A stretch of DNA of 63,603 nt from Dimorphilus gyrociliatus (lineage: Eukaryota > Animalia > Annelida): positions 42,866 through 106,468 of the forward strand of contig CAJFCJ010000095.1 in the NCBI GenBank assembly GCA_904063045.1, in the 5' to 3' direction. A program made the translations under genes and the position numbers. The notes beneath the pieces were generated by a model that ran no database searches, was not told the DNA's origin, and saw only the letters and a list, made by a program, of their open reading frames with translations. Positions 24,009 to 35,800 of the stretch are shown in pieces. Numbering within the stretch: the stretch's first letter is position 1; each line of letters starts with the position of its first letter.

Positions 24009-24360
24009 CTAATTATCAACATTTTCATGACTCTTTTTAGATAATGTTTTAATCAAATTTTCCAATTGAATAATTTGTCCACTACATAAATTACTGCTTG
24101 AGAAATTCAAACTTTTTAAGCTCTTTGCTGACCACATAGATATACAGTTTTTAAATTTGAACAAGTTTTTAGCAATGTTATCCAGTTTAATATTTCTATA
24201 TAGTTTAAAAAATTTCATGACAAATAAATATTCTTTAAAGTACTTGATGATTTTTGTAATCTATTACAAATAAAGTACAAATCTAATCTCATATTTTGAC
24301 TTCATCTTAAGCTAAATGTCTCTATTCCAAAACTATTCATAAGCAATTTTACCAAATACT
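24009..24360 (-). pseudogene. Further LRR gene remnant
   Basis: SAKSLKSLNFSSSNLCSGQIIQLENLI LRR-like pattern. Confidence 0.45.
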
Positions 24361-24649
24361 TAAATATCAATGGCTTGATAGGGTTTCTGTCAGGATTCTG
24401 TTTATTCATGTACCCTCTCCTCCCTGATTCATCTTGTTTATTTCTCTTTTAATATCTGTCTTGGTCTTTTTTGAAACTTTTTCCAGCCTCTCACAATTGC
24501 TAACCTTCTTATAGGTTGGTTTTGCAATGTATTGGACTGCTGATTTCTTTTGGGTTCAGACACCTCTTTGTAGGTTCTGCCCTCTGCAACCTTCTCTTTC
24601 ACAATTTTATGGATTCCTATCGAATGCGTGTTCTTTTTTTGTAGAGTAA

Positions 24650-25870
24650 CTAAATACATTGTCTGAAATGAGTAGTGTCAAACTTTTTTTTAATATAAAA
24701 GTTATGACCAAAAACAGGGATGACATCAGTTTTTAGAAATGGTAATGCCAGTAGTTTCTTCATTATCAGATACACCTCTTCTTTCTTCTTATAGAGAGAA
24801 CTATATCCTAAGTCTTGTATTTTCTTAACAGACAGAAGTGCTTTCCAAATTGACTTTTCAAAGTCAGTTATGAATTTTCTTGGCAAATGACCATTTGTTA
24901 TTGCTTTCACTTCATGTTTTCCAAACAACATTAGTGTGTTAATATTAAATTTATAGTTTGTAACCAGTTGCTCTACTCACCTTGAACAAAAGCTTATATG
25001 CTTTCATTTATTTTGAGCTCATAAATGCAAAGAGCAAAGGAACTTGTTTCAATTCACAGTTCTTTTTTACAAATCCATGAATGGTAAATAGCTGATAAAA
25101 TGTATCACATGTAACACATTTAAAGGTTCCATCCTTAAACCACATCTTTTCATGAGATAGTAATTTGACTTGACTTTGTGTAGAGAAAATAATCATTCTT
25201 TCATTTTCTCTGCAAATATCATTCATCAGGAAATCTTGTATAAAAGTTTCATCAAGAGTGAAGTATAAGCCATCTGGTTCATTAGGATTAAATTGTTGTC
25301 TTGTTCTATTGATAAGTCTACAACAGCTATCAATAGATGGAATAGCAAAATTTGATTTTTGAACTTGACTGAGAACATTTTCCTGACATCATTTTATCAT
25401 TTTGACCACTTTCTTTTAATTTATGTCTAAGTCTTATTTCCATTTCCAGGTTATTATTTCTTTCATGATTATGATCCATTTTGCCAAGGACAAAAGATTT
25501 ATCTCTTTGGGAAATTCTTGCACAATGCTTCATGGATTTTTTTCTGACACTACATGCCCATTTAAGTGTATTTGCAGCTTTTTTCTTTTACAGTATAACT
25601 GTATCCTTCATGCAAAAGGAGATGTTTTCCTTTTTGACTCATTCCTTCCAATAGAGTGAATGCACGGTTAATTTCATCTTTTTCTAGAATATTTGAGTTG
25701 TCAAAAGAGTTTTCCACTAAATTATCATGAGAGACATTTATTGAATGGTTTCCATCATTTCTATGATCAGGTAGTTCTTGTTCATTCTCTACAATTTCAT
25801 TTTTTCCATTTTTTTGCAGCAAAAGAGTTGTCTTCAACAAAGGTAGGTCTGGAACAGGTAATTCTATTTA
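24650..25870 (-). mobile_element. Degenerate Phantom/MULE transposase (FLYWCH plus MULE DDE)
   Basis: SQKGKHLLLHEGYSY (FLYWCH), WFKDGTFK, VPLLFAFM, TDFEKSIWKA, LLALPFL, spread across several frames. Confidence 0.85.
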
Positions 25871-26442
25871 ATGAGACAAAGCAATTCTTTTTGGAGATAT
25901 CAGTGCAGGTGAAACATAAATATGCATCAGACACTTCAAATATATAGAAATAAATAGGAATGATAAAATAATAAATGTGAATTTTACTCGAAATGCATTT
26001 TTTCATGAAAATTAAATTGATGAGAGCAGAGTGAGCATTTCCTTGTGAATCTTCTTTGAAATATTCTATATTTACACATTTGACAGTAAGGAGTCATCAC
26101 GTGATGAAAAATTAGAAAGTTGACATCACACAATGGCCAAATAAAGGCAATGTAAACAACTGACTTATTTTAAATAAATATCTTGAGAATATGAAAGTTT
26201 TTGATGAAATAGCTATACAAAAATTACCTTGTTTTCAATTAAAAAGAATGATTACAGTAACAAAAATAATAATTGTAGAATTACAAGGTATCAAAAACAA
26301 ATAATAAAAATAAAATATAACCAAAGTTGTACAATGTTAATATTTAATTAACAGTTCAATATAACATTATTTAGTACATTAATTTTGACCAGCAGAAAAT
26401 TAATTTGTCTAGGTCTCAGATAAATAATGGTGTGAAGTTTTT

Positions 26443-28194
26443 GGGATCAACAGAAAACGGACCCAACAGAAAATGTCCACAAATGAACAATATGGAGGAG
26501 TCCTTTGAAAGTATACCAGAGGTGAACTATGACAGCAATGGTAAATTCAGAATATTCCCTACAGGAAGTCAAAAAGGCAAAGAATTACTTGTATCTAATG
26601 GTCACTCATTTGTTGTCAAAAGAAAAGACAAGACTTCCATAATTTGGAGATGTGGAGTTAGAAGCAAGAAAATGAAATGTCCTGCCAGTGTCATTCAAAG
26701 AAATAATAACTTCTCTTTGGGGTCTAAATATCATATTCACCCCCCCAAAAAAAATTTAGAACAAATTATTGAAATGAAAGTGACAGCAAAACAAAAAGGA
26801 AAGACTGACACCAATGTTAGTGGAAAACGAATAGCTGAAAATGTTCTGCTTCCTTTTGCAAATATGGGAAATATTGTGAAAGTTGAAAATTGCAAAGAAA
26901 TGATAAATTACCATAGAAGAAAAAATCGTCCCAATGAACCTATTGGAAGAAACTTTCTTATTAATAATTGCTTCATTCCTGATGATTTCTTAAAGAAAGA
27001 TGTCCTTGAAAATAATGAAAGAGTGATTTTTTTCTCCACTTCAAAACAACTTAGCTTACTTGCAGTGTCAAAAGTCTGGTACTTAGATGGAACTTTCAAG
27101 ATTGTTAAGGACCCATTTACACAGTTATTTTCATTTCACTCATTCCTCAAAAAAGAAGGTGAATTAAAACAGGTTCCTCTTCTATATGCATTCATGTCAT
27201 CAAAAAAGAAAAAAGCATATAATCTGTTATTCAAGGTAGTTCAACTTGAAATTTTCTCTGAAATGCATTTAATATTCATTTCACTGTTTTTCAGTGCATT
27301 AATCAACTGCTACAATATAAGGAACCAAAAAAGATAGTTATGGATTTTGAGAAAGCTGTTTGGAAAGCTGTCAGGATGCTTATTCCATTGGAATCAAGCA
27401 GTTTATAGGAAAATTCAGGTATTATTCAACCTAAAACTCAAACTGGAGTCATTTTTAATTTTGTTTTTTTAGGAGCTTGGTTATTTATCAGACTTCAACA
27501 AAAAAAATGGACAATGGTTTGAAATGAGACAGCTAATGGCTTTGCCATTCCTTCCATCTCACATTATTCCAATAGAGTTTATTAAAATTAAGGATTACCT
27601 TAAATCAATTGATAAACTTGCTGATTTTATTGATTATTTTGAAAGAACTTGGATTTTGAATGATGTTTGGTCACCAAAATGTTGGTCTATCTATCAATGT
27701 GCAATCAGAACAAATAATGATGTTGAGGGATTTCACAATAGGTTGAATGGAAATGTTGGAGTGAATGTTTCATTTTATTCTGTGATAGATGAATTGAAAA
27801 GGGAAGCAGACCTTATAGCAGCATATCAAAGAATGTTATCAGAAAAGAAGATATTAAGATACCAAAGAAAGCTTTATAAGAACCTGCAAAATAAAATATT
27901 TTCAATTTGGGAAAGATTTGAAAAGCATGAGATTACTTCATCAGAAGTTCTAGTAAAGTGTTCTGAACTTTATTTAGTAGCTCAATAAATAAATCAATTG
28001 TTGTTAAATTGCATGATCTTTTAAGTTGTAGTCTCATAATGTATTCAACTCTTCAAATAAACACACTTTCAAAATTTAATTCATTTCTTGTTTTATATAT
28101 TTTAGGTTGAAGAATCCTGTGGCCGTTTTCTGTCTCAGTTGGGGCCATTTTCTGTTGGGTCCGTTTTCTGTTGGGGCCGTTTTCTGTCGTATTC
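26443..28194 (+). mobile_element. Phantom-type MULE DNA transposon with a 9-bp TSD and tandem subterminal repeats
   Basis: TSD GAAGTTTTT at 26434-26442 and 28195-28203. Termini GGGATCAACAGAAAACGG and (reverse complement) GAATACGACAGAAAACGG. Repeated ACAGAAAA(C/T)GG units at both ends. Confidence 0.93.
26483..27988 (+). pseudogene. Spliced Phantom transposase (FLYWCH plus MULE) with two introns and an internal deletion/frameshift
   Basis: GKELLVSNGHSF..WRC..KCPA..HIH; WYLDGTFK; exon 2 VMDFEKAVWKAVR is joined out of frame to GCLFHWNQAV; exon 3 LMALPFLP...RTNNDVEGFHNRLN. Confidence 0.85.
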
Positions 28195-28869
28195 GAAGTT
28201 TTTAGGAGAAGCTTTGGTAAAGATATTTAACTAAAGTGTTTTCACCTGAGGAGAATTGTTTGTCATATTTGAAAAGATTAGCCAACATCACAGAAAGACA
28301 GCAGAAAAGGTCTATTACATAGAATGACCCCCTTTGTAATCTCCAAAAACAAACTATTTTTATTGAAATTGTTGGAAAATAAACAAAAAAAACTGAACAT
28401 GTTTTTTTGATCATAGCAAAAAGTCTCCTTCATTTTCTTCCTTATGCATTGGATATTCTGATCATAGGACATAGAAAGTACTGTGTTTTTTCTTGAACTT
28501 TGAAAGCACAATATGACATCTATACATATCATTTCACTTTTAATAATCAATCTATGCCCAACAATACAGATTATAAGTATATCTAAATAAAGGGTAAACT
28601 ACAACTGAATGTTGTAAACCCTCAGTACCTTTTATTACATATAAAGTAGTAACAGTACAAGTTTTTTCTATGAAGTGATAAGAAAATGCCGAACAATTTG
28701 TTGACTGACAGTAGGAAATACAAGAGAAGAAAGTTTTTCTTTTCTCAGTCTTTACAAATAATAAGCCAACATTATTAAAAATTAGCTTAGATTCTTTAAC
28801 AATAGTTAACCCAGCTTGATTGTCTTCATTGCCTTGATAAAAAAAAAAGTAAAAAATTTAACGTGTCTG

Positions 28870-29243
28870 AAAAAAATAATTTTTTTTTTTTTACTTTGTT
28901 TCCTTCCAAATACTTTAAGTTCACAAAAACTTAAAAAATGATTGAAATCTGATTTCTTTTTAATAATCAACAATTGATTTCCAACAGTTGATGTTTTACA
29001 ATTAATTTCCAAAAGTTGTTTATTTGATGTTTGGATGTTGTTGCTTTTGATACTTTCACAAAATATTTTATGATTGATATTTAATGTTGAAACATAAAAG
29101 AGAATATTGTCTAAAGAGCTTTCAACATCAATAATTGGTTGAAAGATAATTTGTTCCACAATATATTTATTATCAAATCTAATTGTTAAAAATATATCTT
29201 CTATTGATGTTATTTTTGAACAAGAAGAATATTTTGGAACAGT
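28870..29243 (-). pseudogene. F-type-lectin-like domain exon cut by the gypsy 3' LTR
   Basis: The open frame TVPKYSSCSKITSIEDIFLTIRFDNKYIVEQIIFQP...INCKTSTVGNQLLI...LSFCELKVFG runs up to the LTR boundary. A GT donor follows VFG. Confidence 0.6.
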
Positions 29244-29245
29244 TT

Positions 29246-30184
29246 TGTACTTTGTTGTATTGTAATTGTAGGAATTTCTGGTTCGTCACAACTGTAATCG
29301 TCCTTTCCAATCATTTACCAACTTGCCAAAGTACTGGTCCAAATAGAACCTTTAAAGTTCGTCCACAAATAGTCTAACAAAGGCAATTTCGGTAGAAATT
29401 GATTAACAAAACACCAGTATTTCGTCCAAAGAATATGTATTGAGTAAAATGAGCTTCTAGTTCTAAACAAGCTAGTTTAAACAACTAGCTGACGGTTAGA
29501 AAACTGAACTATCAACTGTTAATTTCGTAGGGTTTATATACTCTTTTAAGGGTTGATAGTTCACAAATTTCAATGTTCACAAAAACAAAAGTAACATTTG
29601 AAGACAAAGAAAAGTTCTAAATATGGTCATGTTTTTATTGTTTTCCTCTTCTAAATAATAGTTGAATTTCGAAGGTTGGAGAGTTGCATAAGATGTAACA
29701 ATTTTAGTAGGACAAGTCCAACAATCAAGAAAACATGTAGATTGTATATTTGACCGTTTTTATATTCTACCTTAATAATGATATTCAATTGATGGAGTTA
29801 GTAAATTTAGCATCAGCATATAAGGAGGAAGTATATCTGATTAATGCATGTTAAAAAGAACAGTATTGTGTATACAATACTGTTGAATAGTGAATATAAT
29901 CTAACCTTAGAATTTAAGCATAATTGATAATTAATTGAACTAGTTTTAGTTCGAAATCATAAATTTATGGATTAATAAATTGTAATATTAATGCTAGGTT
30001 GCAAATAGCAAATATTCTTTATATAATTCAATAGGTTTTATTACTGCATAATGTGTATGCACTGCCCTATGCGAAACTAGGTCACTACTGCTTATCTTTA
30101 TCAGTGCTATCTGCATAGTACAATACTGGTTCAATACTACTTCTCTATTGTAGAATATAGCTGACGAATGTATGTGTACAAACA
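29246..30184 (-). repeat. 3' LTR (about 940 bp, TGT...ACA)
   Basis: On the minus strand it begins TGTTTGTACA right after the polypurine tract and ends AGTACA. Only about 170 bp can be compared with the 5' LTR. Confidence 0.8.
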
Positions 30185-30197
30185 TCCCACTCCTTTA
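30185..30197 (-). promoter_or_regulatory. Polypurine tract overlapping the env stop codon
   Basis: Minus strand TAAAGGAGTGGGA directly before the LTR TGT. Confidence 0.85.
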
Positions 30198-32819
30198 AGA
30201 CCTTGCTTCCACGAAAGGTCTAGGACTTGTGACAATTATGTTATCACCACTTTTTCTGAACATAGGATAATTTTGCAGTTCTATTTCTTCTGATTCAGCT
30301 GTTGGAGCTGAAGGTAATCTTTTTGTTTTTGTCAGTAGTTTAGACAGTCTGGTAAATTGAACTCTTTTCAGTTTTTTCTTCCAAATAAAGTAGATGAAGA
30401 ATCCAATTCCAATCAAGAGTATAATTGGCAGAAGTGTGTCTATTAGTATTTTGAAAGGTTTTCTTATCCATGAAGAAAATAGATGTTGTGTTGGTGACAA
30501 GGCTGCATCAATTCCTAAATCATTTGCAAAGTTAATATGCTCTCTATGCTTAGTCAAAGTATCCTGTATGTATTCCAAAACTTGTTGTATCTGATAATGT
30601 TTCTTGCCCACATCTTCTTTTATACCTAGTTGTAATAATTCTGTGAGTCTGACAACTTCTAGTTTTGGTTCTTCAATTTGACTGTTGATTTTCATTCTGA
30701 TTGATTGTGCTGCTGCTGTTTGGAACCTGCATCCTTTCCTTGTATAATAGATAAATGTCTTCTTGCCAGAATGTATGGCATATTGATTTTGTTCTGCATC
30801 CAAAGGATTTTTCTTGATCTTGAAGAGATGCTGAGTTTGGTCACATGTACCATATCTTATGTCTTCTTTTGTGATGTGGTAAGCATGATGAAGTATTGGA
30901 TCAATTGAGAATAGGAGATCTTTATATTTGATCAGAAATTCTTTTGAACATAATCCATTTTTTGTTATAATTGTTGTGTCACAAACTACTTGAACAGTTT
31001 TTAATTCTGTACATGTATTGAGGGTTGTTAGATCTCCTAACCATGTACTATGGGTTCCATGTTTAGATCCAAGTATTGTTGGTAGTTGAGGTGATAGTGG
31101 TGTAAGTAGGGCTATCATCTTGTTTCTCATGATAAATTCTTTGCATAAAAGTTGTGAAACTTGTTTAAAAACTGTTTGTAAATTTTGAAAATTTTTGTCA
31201 ATATTGTTTAGTAGTGCAGCTGTTCTTATAGCATCTTTTATATTTATTTGGTGGGATTCTGGAATCTCTATGTTTTCTAATTGTTTCCTCTTCCATTTGT
31301 GATTTATTGGTTTTCTTTGTAAAAGTGTATATTTGCCATTTTCTGTATGAATTTGAAATTGTGTATCTTTTGGGCTTTGATACCAAATGTTCATGTTTGG
31401 GAGTGGGTTGAAAGTAACTGGTTTTTTGTCCAATTCAAAATCTTGTGATCTGACTAGTCTGGCAGGTTTTAGCTTTGTTGTTTTCAGCATTTTTAGTATG
31501 TATTTGTTGTGAATATCCCAGATGTCTGGAGAAATAATTTCTTTGACAAACCAAGTCCTCACTAATGGTGTTGCATGATTTTTTATCAGCATATGGTAGG
31601 TTTTGTCACCATCTCTATACCAATCATTATATGTTAAAATATCTTGTATTTCTGTGACATTGGCCTTTCTTAGTGATGATTTCTTTCCAATATATTTCTC
31701 CAATCTATTAACTTCTTTATTTGAAATGATCTTGTATTTTGTATCCTCTATTATTTTATTGTCAGCATAATTAGAATTTGTAAGATCAGTTCTAAGTAAG
31801 TCATATTCTTTCTGGGGTACCAATACTCTGGTACCAGGACCACCATATCCTTTGATATATCTGTCTTGGTAAGGTAAATCCATTATTGCATAGTTGGGGC
31901 AGGAAAAATATCCTCCAAGTTTTACACATTCCACATTATGGGAAACTATTTTCCATGGTGAAACATGGCCTAGAAGACTTTGGCCTTTTTCTGGATTAAA
32001 TATAATGATTGAATCCAAAGTTCTACAAAATTTTTGTTTAATAGAACAGTCTTCTAAATATTCCAAATTTGTGGTTATTTTATCTTGACTTGGATTCCAA
32101 TAAGCCTTGCCAATTTGAAGGATTGTTGTAAATTCTTCCACCACTGTGGTTCTTGGCCATTTGTAATTTGGTCCTTTGTTTTCATTATACATAAGAAGTT
32201 TGCCTTTTTCAATTAGGTTTTGTCCATTTAAGGTTTTGTGTGTGTATAGCATTGTTCTGCATTGTTTTTCACTTAAGGCAAGTGTTTGTTTTTCAATTCT
32301 GTGTTTCTTTGCTCCAAAAAAGTAATGAGTGTAGAAATTGATTCTTCTTTTCACTAAACACTTGACAGCTTGAATTGCCAAATTGTCAGCTTTAATTTCA
32401 TATATGTTAGCTACAATTTTGATCATTTGTTTAGTTTCAAAGGTACATACTGGTTCATCTGCTAAATCAAATGATTGGTGTACTTGTTGTCCTTGACAAA
32501 ACTGTACTGATGGTAGCATTCTTACAGTTATGTTTGCTTTTGTTATGGATACATTTGCTTGGACCAAGTTTAAACAGCATATTGCTAACAGTGTATAAAT
32601 TATTGATCCTCTGATAGGAAGCATTCCACCATTTGTTTGGTGTTTCCTTACTGTCACTGTGTTAACTGTTATAGGTTGTTTGTTAGCTAGTCTTAGTCTA
32701 CTAGCATGATAGAATTTTCTTTTATCTGCCAATATTTGTAATTCATACAAACATTTTGTAGTATCTGTAGCAGTTACAAGATATGGTCCACTCCATTTGC
32801 TTGTATTTATTCTGTTCAT
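30195..32819 (-). CDS. env: Integrase C-terminus (GPY) fused in frame to an envelope glycoprotein, probably a class III fusogen
   Basis: 874-aa open frame. Internal signal peptide MLPIRGSIIYTLLAICCLNLVQA (Met at 32624); sequons NVS, NIT, NVT; Cys-rich ectodomain; TM ILIDTLLPIILLIGIGFFIYFIW; basic tail with YPMF. Confidence 0.88.
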   Translation of the reverse strand: MNRINTSKWSGPYLVTATDTTKCLYELQILADKRKFYHASRLRLANKQPITVNTVTVRKHQTNGGMLPIRGSIIYTLLAICCLNLVQANVSITKANITVRMLPSVQFCQGQQVHQSFDLADEPVCTFETKQMIKIVANIYEIKADNLAIQAVKCLVKRRINFYTHYFFGAKKHRIEKQTLALSEKQCRTMLYTHKTLNGQNLIEKGKLLMYNENKGPNYKWPRTTVVEEFTTILQIGKAYWNPSQDKITTNLEYLEDCSIKQKFCRTLDSIIIFNPEKGQSLLGHVSPWKIVSHNVECVKLGGYFSCPNYAIMDLPYQDRYIKGYGGPGTRVLVPQKEYDLLRTDLTNSNYADNKIIEDTKYKIISNKEVNRLEKYIGKKSSLRKANVTEIQDILTYNDWYRDGDKTYHMLIKNHATPLVRTWFVKEIISPDIWDIHNKYILKMLKTTKLKPARLVRSQDFELDKKPVTFNPLPNMNIWYQSPKDTQFQIHTENGKYTLLQRKPINHKWKRKQLENIEIPESHQINIKDAIRTAALLNNIDKNFQNLQTVFKQVSQLLCKEFIMRNKMIALLTPLSPQLPTILGSKHGTHSTWLGDLTTLNTCTELKTVQVVCDTTIITKNGLCSKEFLIKYKDLLFSIDPILHHAYHITKEDIRYGTCDQTQHLFKIKKNPLDAEQNQYAIHSGKKTFIYYTRKGCRFQTAAAQSIRMKINSQIEEPKLEVVRLTELLQLGIKEDVGKKHYQIQQVLEYIQDTLTKHREHINFANDLGIDAALSPTQHLFSSWIRKPFKILIDTLLPIILLIGIGFFIYFIWKKKLKRVQFTRLSKLLTKTKRLPSAPTAESEEIELQNYPMFRKSGDNIIVTSPRPFVEARS

Positions 32820-35800
32820 TCCTTGACCAATGTTTTCATTTCTTATGTGTACCCAATCACCAATTTGTAAGTTGGAGGTTTTCTTGTAATAGCTCTATTA
32901 ACTCTATCTCTATATTCCTTCTTTTTTAGAACAGATTTGCAAAGTGCTGTTGCTCTAATTTCTTCAAGTTCATGTTTTCTATCAAATAAGAATTTTGTTG
33001 TTGGTTCTAATCTTGGAACTTCCATTAACAGGTCTAAAACATTTCTATTCTTCAATCCAAATAATATTTCATGTGGGTTTTGCCAGTGCTTCCAACTGGA
33101 ATTTGATTTAAACATGTCTGAATTAATGGTAACTGTCTTGTCCAATCTGTTAATTGTTCCATAACTACATGTTTATGTAGTGCTCTACGAATTTCCAAAT
33201 TCTTTCTTTCTACCATTCCATTACTTTGGCTATGGAATGCTGTTGTTTTAATTTTTCGTATTCCCATTGATGTCACCATTTCTGTAAAGATTTCCCCAAG
33301 AAAATTCCTTCCTTGATCTGTGAGAATTTCTTCTGGGATACCAATATTGGGAAATAGTTGAAAAACAAATGTTTAGAAATTTCCTCAGCTGTTTGAGTTT
33401 TTAGGGGAATATGGTTGGTAAATCTGGACATGTGGTCTATAATGACAAGTATATACTTGTAAGAATCATGTCCATCAGAGGTCCCATTATGTCCATAGCT
33501 ATTCTTTGCATTGGTAAAGTTGGGTGAGGTGTTTCAACCAACAGATGTTTGTTGCCTGGTGCTCTTAATTGCTCACAAAATTCACAACTCTTTATGTGAT
33601 CTTTAATTGTTTTCTTTAGCTTTGGGTGCCAGAAAGCTTGCTCCAAAGTGTGAATTGTTATGTCTACACCATAGTGCTCAAATAGTTGATGTTGATGAAT
33701 TTGTCCAAGTAAGTTGGTTAGAGTTGATAGTGGAATTACAAGTAGTGGTTGACAGCCATTTAGATACCATACAAGGTCTTCTTTTACAAACATAGATTCA
33801 ATAAAGTTTCCATATTCATTCAAAGACCCATTATCAATGTTTTCTCCTTCCAATTTGTCTACAACTTTCATTAGTGGAGTATCTAATACTTGTTCTCTAT
33901 AGAACTTTATTTCAACTGATGTGGCTTTTAGTTTCATAATCTGGGCTTGGATTTCAGTTATGTCTTCATCATAATCATTGTCTAGATTGTCATCTAAACA
34001 ATCATCTAATTCTTCTAAGTCCTCTGTATCAATATAAAAGCATTTAAGCATATCCTTTCTTTCTGCTAATTGGGGAACTGTATTGCCATTTTGTTTTTCT
34101 TCATTTAATCTTTCCTTAAGTAAATTACGAAAATCAATTACTTCATCAGTTTCACCAATTCTTGATATCCAGTCTGCTCTATTAGTTCTTCCTGGTATGT
34201 ATATTATTTCAAAATCCATATCCATAAGTGCCATCACCCATTTAACAGTACTTGTATTCAGTTTGTTTTGTACAAATGTTTGTACCAAATTTTGGTGATC
34301 AGTGTAGAGAAAAAATTTCTTATACTGTAGATAATGGGAGAATTTTTGTACTGCCCAATATACTGCAAAAGCCTCTTTTTGATAAGCTGCATATCTTAGT
34401 TGTGTATTGATTAGGAGCTTGGAAGCAAAAGAAATTGGTTTTCTTATTTTCTTTCCATCTTCTTCCCATTCTTGTTCTAGAACTGCACCAACTGCATAAT
34501 TAGAAGCATCTGTTGTTAAATAGAATGATTTAGTAAAGTCTGGCAGTTGAAGGATTGGGGCTCTGTCATTGCATTCCTTAGTGTTTCATAAGCTTCCTCC
34601 TTTTTTTGTCCATTTCAGTTTTTCTGTCTTTTGGTGTACTTTTAATAATTCTCTCAAAGGTTTTGTGATTTTTGCAAAATCTTTAACAAATCTTCTATAA
34701 TAACCACAAAATGCCACAAAACTCAACAGAGTATTTGCAAACATAGGTAATTTGGCATCTTTTATTTTTTGAATCTTTTCAGGATCAGTTTCAATACCAT
34801 TCTGTGTAATTCTATGACCAAGGAATTGAACTGATTCTTGTAAGAATGCACATTTGCTCAGTTTAATTCTGAAGTCTTTTTCCTTGATTCTTTCCATAAG
34901 TTTCTGTAGAGCTACAAAGTGTTCTTCCAATGTTTTGGTAAAAACTATAATATCATCCATATAATTAATGCAGAAGTTTTCCAATCCATTAATAACAAAA
35001 TTTGCCATGATATAGCTGAAGTGTGAAGGTGCATTTGCCAAACCAAATGGCATGCGGTTGAATTCAAATAAACCAAATGGTGTAATAAAAGCAGTTTTCT
35101 CCTTATCTTCTTCTTTAATTGGAATATGATGAAATGCACTTGTTAAATCCAATATAGAAAAATATTTGTGGCCTCCTCCAAGCTTATCAAATAAATCTTC
35201 CTGATGTGGGATTGGATAACAATTCTTTTTTGATTGCTTGTTAAGTTTTCTGTAATCCACACACATTCTTAATGTTCCTTCTTTCTTTTTCACAAAAACA
35301 ATGGGTGAAGCCCATTGGCTTTTGCTTGCTCTAATTAGACCATTTTCCAATAATCCATTTAATTGATCCCTGCATTCCTGCTGTTTGTTGGGTGGCAATC
35401 TGTATGGTCTTTGTTTGAAAGGCTTTATATCTTCCAATAATTCAATTGCCATTGGTGGAACATCTGGTGAACCAATGTCATTCTGATTTGTAGCAATAAT
35501 ATCTTCATAATTCTTTATCATTTCTTTTAATTCTTCTCTGTTCTTGTCAAGATTATTTTTGGACACATGTAAATAATTGTCAATTTCTAGTGTATTTGAA
35601 TTAATATTGTGTACATTTTGATTAGACAAATGTTCAAATTCAATACTTTCCAACTGTAATTCTTCTATTTCAGGAGTAACTGGATTTTTCTTTTGTTCTT
35701 TTTGCACTTTGATAGTTATTCCATCTTCTAATTCTATGTATTGTGGTTTCATTTCCATTTCCATAGCCAAGTCTTCAGTTTCTTCTTCAGAGGAATTTAT

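Noticed and set aside
29243-29248. Non-canonical AA LTR terminus (all three copies read GTACAAA)
   Set aside because: A canonical CA end fits, as in the second LTR family (AGTACA). The extra As may be AT-rich flank, and no TSD is available to decide.
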